DNA of 64,000 nucleotides from Giardia intestinalis (Eukaryota): NCBI GenBank assembly GCA_000002435.2, contig CM018791.1; one strand, 5' to 3'. Shown piece by piece: positions 60,762 to 64,000 of this stretch (position 1 is its first letter; each line of letters starts with the position of its first letter). The notes under the pieces were generated by a model. It saw only the letters and a program-made list of their open reading frames with translations, ran no database searches and was not told where the DNA came from. The position numbers and the translations under genes were made by a program.

Positions 60762-61880
60762 ATGACTGATACCGAGTCACAGGAGAGCATCGACATTAAG
60801 CTTTACACATATGACAATAATGATGTCATCGTGTTGAGAGTGAAGTTAGATGACACAATCGGGATTCTTTTGGTCCATGCTGCCGATCACATTCCAGAGG
60901 GTGCTCGGGTACGTGTCGTTTATAATGGCCGAACGTTGCAGCTTAGCGCCACCTTCCAAGAGTCCAACGTTCTCGATGGATCGGCATTACACCTCGTAGC
61001 AGCCGTGATAGACGAGTCTGCTGCATCACAGGAAGCAGGCTCCCGGCAGCCCCGGATAGGAGTCTACAGAGGTGGTCTTGAGAAGCACCTCCAAGCTGGG
61101 GTAGAGCGCCAGGATGTAATAGGTCTACGCCTGATTTTCTTGGCACGGGCAGGCTTTTTGACCTCTGAGCATCTACAAATCCTTTACACAAACACAGACC
61201 TTATAGAGCAGCCCCGGGGTTACACGCAGCCGTCCATTTCACGAATCCGTCTCTTTCTGATTAACGCCCTGCAGGCATCTGCATCTGCACCTGCAGACGC
61301 CAGCGACCATGCTAGTGAGAGTGTCAATGAGACCCCCAATGGCGCAACTCGTGGTGAGGCCAACCTCCCCCTCGATGTACGCCATCTGTATGTGGAGCAG
61401 GAAGAGCCAGACCGCAATGGATACTACCCACCAGAATTCATCTCCAATTCGTCCTTTGCCCTGATGATGCTTGAAGGCGGCTTTCCTCCTCACATTGCAC
61501 GCCAGTTTCTCGGCATAACGGACCTCAGCTGGATTGACGAAACCATCCCTTTTCCTACTATGCCATTGCGCGTCATTCAATGCGAGAACCTGTGGATGGA
61601 AAACGAGTCTCCGACCGCCACTATCACCACTGTGGCGACGGTGAACAACCTCTTGGGGCCTGGGACCCCAGTGCAGCCCCCCACAAACAGGGTCATGAGT
61701 GACTTCCATAAGTTCATGCTGCTTATCTTTGGATTGCTTGTTGGTTTGATATTTAATGTTCTCGTTCTGGTCTATGTCTATCATTCGGGAGTCCCTGCCC
61801 CAATGCGAATGGGGATTGTATTCGGATTGATTGGCAGTATTATTTTTTCTCTTTTTATTAATATTGCCAGTGGCTTCTAA
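60762..61880 (+). CDS. Ubiquitin-like-domain protein with C-terminal transmembrane helices (372 aa)
   Basis: N-terminal beta-grasp-like segment 'IDIKLYTYDNNDVIVLRVKLDDTIGILLV...VVYNGRTLQLSATFQESNVLDGSALHLV'. C-terminal TMs 'LLIFGLLVGLIFNVLVLVYVY' and 'GIVFGLIGSIIFSLFINIASGF'. This is a Herp/TMUB-like architecture. Confidence 0.55.
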   Translation: MTDTESQESIDIKLYTYDNNDVIVLRVKLDDTIGILLVHAADHIPEGARVRVVYNGRTLQLSATFQESNVLDGSALHLVAAVIDESAASQEAGSRQPRIGVYRGGLEKHLQAGVERQDVIGLRLIFLARAGFLTSEHLQILYTNTDLIEQPRGYTQPSISRIRLFLINALQASASAPADASDHASESVNETPNGATRGEANLPLDVRHLYVEQEEPDRNGYYPPEFISNSSFALMMLEGGFPPHIARQFLGITDLSWIDETIPFPTMPLRVIQCENLWMENESPTATITTVATVNNLLGPGTPVQPPTNRVMSDFHKFMLLIFGLLVGLIFNVLVLVYVYHSGVPAPMRMGIVFGLIGSIIFSLFINIASGF

Positions 61881-61952
61881 TATATGTTTGTTCTTGTAAA
61901 CAGCTAGTGCTTTTGGAAGACTGGAGATGGAGCCCTTGGCTTGAAAAAGTAA

Positions 61953-62555
61953 ATGTCGTCGCCAGGTCCCAGCAATATTGAATTGGCAGTACAGGGGCTT
62001 AGCGTTAAAGTCGTGGGCTATAACTGCCGGTTCAGCCTAGGATTTAATGTAGATATGCGGCTTTTGGCTGCAAGTCTCTTAACCGCTGATTATAACCCTC
62101 GGTATCCCACTGTTCGTGTCCGCCTCACAAGTCCACAATGCTGTATCTCTGTAAGCTACCACGGGCACTGTACCATCTTCGGTTGCGAAAGCGTGGCCCA
62201 AGCAGCAACTGCTGCCGCCGTCTTCCTTAAGCTTCTGAATGAGATTGAAGAGTTTGTTGGTCTTGCACGGCCGTCGCCTTTAACCGTTGTCTCTATTACC
62301 TGTCTCACAGACCTTGGCCATGGAATTCGTCTCGACGCAGCTGCAGCTGCCACAATTAGCGTATTCTCATCAGCCATGTACCAGCCCGAGATCATGCCAT
62401 CACTACAGGTCGTCTTCAAGATTGCCGAGCGCAATATATGCTGCTCTGTTTTCGCCGATGGCCAGGTCACGATCGTTGGCGCACGGAACATCTTCGATGC
62501 ACGCGATGTTATCACAAAGCTGTACGAGGGATTGTTCGATTACTTTATAACATAA
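61953..62555 (+). CDS. TBP: TATA-box binding protein, highly divergent (200 aa, two TBP repeats)
   Basis: Repeat 1 'IELAVQGLSVKVVGYNCRFSLGFNVDMRLLAASLLTADYNPRYPTVRVRL...CISVSYHGHCTIFGCESVAQAATAA' and repeat 2 'VVSITCLTDLGHGIRLDAAAAATISVFSSAMYQPEIMPSLQVVFKI...CCSVFADGQVTIVGARNIFDARDV' match the spacing of the TBP saddle (recalled: 'IQNIVSTVNLGCKLDLK.IAL.ARNAEYNPKRFAAVIMRI...' and 'SSYEPELFPGLIYRM'). Several of the DNA-intercalating Phe residues are replaced, as has been reported for Giardia TBP. Confidence 0.62.
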   Translation: MSSPGPSNIELAVQGLSVKVVGYNCRFSLGFNVDMRLLAASLLTADYNPRYPTVRVRLTSPQCCISVSYHGHCTIFGCESVAQAATAAAVFLKLLNEIEEFVGLARPSPLTVVSITCLTDLGHGIRLDAAAAATISVFSSAMYQPEIMPSLQVVFKIAERNICCSVFADGQVTIVGARNIFDARDVITKLYEGLFDYFIT

Positions 62556-62623
62556 TCAATACACTACCCGGACGATTGCCCTGTTTACTTACCTACTGCT
62601 GATCAATCTAGGAACTAACCGAA

Positions 62624-63868
62624 CTAGGGCGGAGGAGGCATATCCGTGTCATCATCATCGACCAAGCACGCGGGGAGGCCCTTTGTAGAGTCTTGTGCAT
62701 CTGCTGAGTCATAATTAATTTGTCCTGACTGTGTGAACGTGTTGCTTTCATCGTTGTCAGTGGGGCAGTTCGTCTTTTGCTCGTCCTCCGCGTTTGTGGC
62801 ATATGCCTTACAAAAGTCCTGGAAGATCTGATCGTCATCGGCATTGTGCTCGCGTTTATAGAGGGGCTCACTTGAAAAATCAAAATCAAGCTCTGTGAAG
62901 CTTTTGTCAAAATTGCTCAAGTCTAAGTTATCAGTTATCGTGGGCTTATACGGAATGGTGTATTCCTTCCTATAGAGCTTATCCCAGTTTATCCCATTGA
63001 ACCATGGGTGTCCCTTGAGCTCCTTGATACCACCATTTTCTTTTCTGCATCCCAGTCTGCTTCTGGGCTTCTTCTCCAAGAGCCCCTTTAGCAGGTCCTT
63101 TAGATCGTCCTTGAAGTAGCTTGGCATCTTGGGCTGCTCTCCGATAATCTTCCTGAACATAGCACGCTTGTCATCAGAGTAGAAGGGTGGAGACCCCGTC
63201 AGCAGCTCATATATTATGGTTCCCAGGGCCCACATATCAACACCCTTGCCATGCCCACAGTTCTGCACCTGCTCTGGGCTGAAGTACTCGCTTGTACCTG
63301 CCATGGTCTTGGCACCCAGTGTCATAGAAAGATTCTGCTTGGACAGCCCAAAGTCCGTTACTTTGATGTATCCATTGGCTTGCAGTAAAATGTTCTCAGG
63401 CTTGAGATCCCTAATAACTATATTCATGTCGTGGAGGTACTCTATGGCTAGAACGAGCTGTGCAGCAACCAACTTAACATAGGACTCATCGAATGTCACT
63501 TTTTTCTTGAGATGGAAGAAGAGCTCGCCACCTGGAACGTATTCCAACACCATGATGAGGCGCGTTGGCGTCTGAAAAGCCCCATAGAGCCTCATTAGGA
63601 AGGGATGATTCAAGGATGCTAGAATGGATCTCTCCGATATAGCATGCTCAACCTCGCGCGACTCAATGACATGCTGCTTTGTTAACACCTTCAAGGCGTA
63701 AATCTTGTTATTGGCCTTATGCTTAGCCAAGCATACAGTGCCAAAGCTTCCCTTACCAAGGACTTTCATGAAGGTAAATTCATCAGGACTAGTAGGAGGC
63801 GGATCAATATATGCGTCTGCGTCTTTAAATCCGGCATTCCCTGCGACTCCAGATTGGTTTTGACCCAT
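62624..63868 (-). CDS. AGC-family Ser/Thr protein kinase (PKA/Akt/S6K-like catalytic domain with AGC C-terminal tail, 414 aa)
   Basis: 'LGKGSFGTVCLAKHK...YALKVL', 'IRDLKPENILL', 'VTDFGLSK', 'GTSEYFSPEQV', 'DMWALGTIIYELLTGSPPF', and a C-terminal extension with 'HPWFNGINWDKL' (AGC-kinase C-terminal domain). Confidence 0.85.
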   Translation of the reverse strand: MGQNQSGVAGNAGFKDADAYIDPPPTSPDEFTFMKVLGKGSFGTVCLAKHKANNKIYALKVLTKQHVIESREVEHAISERSILASLNHPFLMRLYGAFQTPTRLIMVLEYVPGGELFFHLKKKVTFDESYVKLVAAQLVLAIEYLHDMNIVIRDLKPENILLQANGYIKVTDFGLSKQNLSMTLGAKTMAGTSEYFSPEQVQNCGHGKGVDMWALGTIIYELLTGSPPFYSDDKRAMFRKIIGEQPKMPSYFKDDLKDLLKGLLEKKPRSRLGCRKENGGIKELKGHPWFNGINWDKLYRKEYTIPYKPTITDNLDLSNFDKSFTELDFDFSSEPLYKREHNADDDQIFQDFCKAYATNAEDEQKTNCPTDNDESNTFTQSGQINYDSADAQDSTKGLPACLVDDDDTDMPPPP

Positions 63869-64000
63869 TTTTTATGAATTCTTGTGGCTTCTGTGGAGAG
63901 AACGTGGCTCTGCACGTTCAGTAGAGTGTAGCAAGAACAGTAACAATGATGTACACGTTTACTTTAAGCCAAAGCCCTCGTCATACTGAATTGCCTTGAA

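Noticed and set aside
1-64000. Looked for CRISPR arrays, rRNA genes, tRNA cloverleafs and prokaryotic operon signals.
   Set aside because: None found. The gene architecture is eukaryotic (ATG-only starts, A/T initiators, AGTRAAY-like 3' signals). No direct-repeat/spacer periodicity or rRNA-like conserved blocks were seen by eye. A tRNAscan run would be needed to exclude tRNAs in the two long spacers.

Overview
This window looks like a nuclear chromosomal segment of a diplomonad, most likely Giardia intestinalis (inference from sequence only). The evidence is about 49% GC, densely packed intronless genes on both strands, very short intergenic spacers with A/T-rich initiator-like elements just upstream of ATGs (e.g. 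'aaattttaaagccATG', 'taaattaaaaATG'), and AGTRAAY-like signals downstream of stops. The gene content also fits: a high-cysteine membrane protein (CXXC/CXC repeats, signal peptide, C-terminal TM and short basic tail, no CRGKA), truncated NEK-like pseudokinases, an ankyrin+RING protein and a highly divergent TBP. There are no prokaryotic features, CRISPR arrays, rRNA genes or recognisable tRNA genes.

I can support about 30 protein-coding genes. Recognisable products are: an amino-acid transporter; an 11.5-kb ORF (3836 aa, function unknown); a CFAP20/DUF667-domain protein; a Pirh2/RCHY1-like E3 and a second RING E3; a KAP3 homologue; casein kinase 1; an AAMP/Sqt1-like WD40 protein; V-ATPase subunit A; an MIF4G/eIF4G-like protein; an adenylate kinase with an N-terminal DPY-30 motif; a PCI-domain proteasome-lid-like protein; an ankyrin-RING protein; an XPD/Rad3-family FeS helicase; a WRNIP1/Mgs1-like AAA+ ATPase; PTH2; a UBL-domain membrane protein; TBP; and an AGC kinase.

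The ORF track uses alternative starts (TTG/GTG/CTG). I trimmed several N-termini to the first ATG, which also removed artefactual gene overlaps.

The most unusual structure is an island of about 9.5 kb (26.8-36.2 kb). It is bounded by a near-identical inverted duplication of a truncated NEK-like pseudokinase gene (about 0.8 kb arms, convergent orientation). One arm carries a 1-bp frameshift. The interior is GC-rich (locally above 60%) and almost gene-free. It contains a high-cysteine membrane protein gene broken by two 1-bp frameshifts, a 1.4-kb stretch with no ORF of 60 aa or more in any of the six frames, and an ankyrin-like coding fossil. This is very atypical against the otherwise compact, intact coding background, which includes an uninterrupted 11.5-kb ORF.
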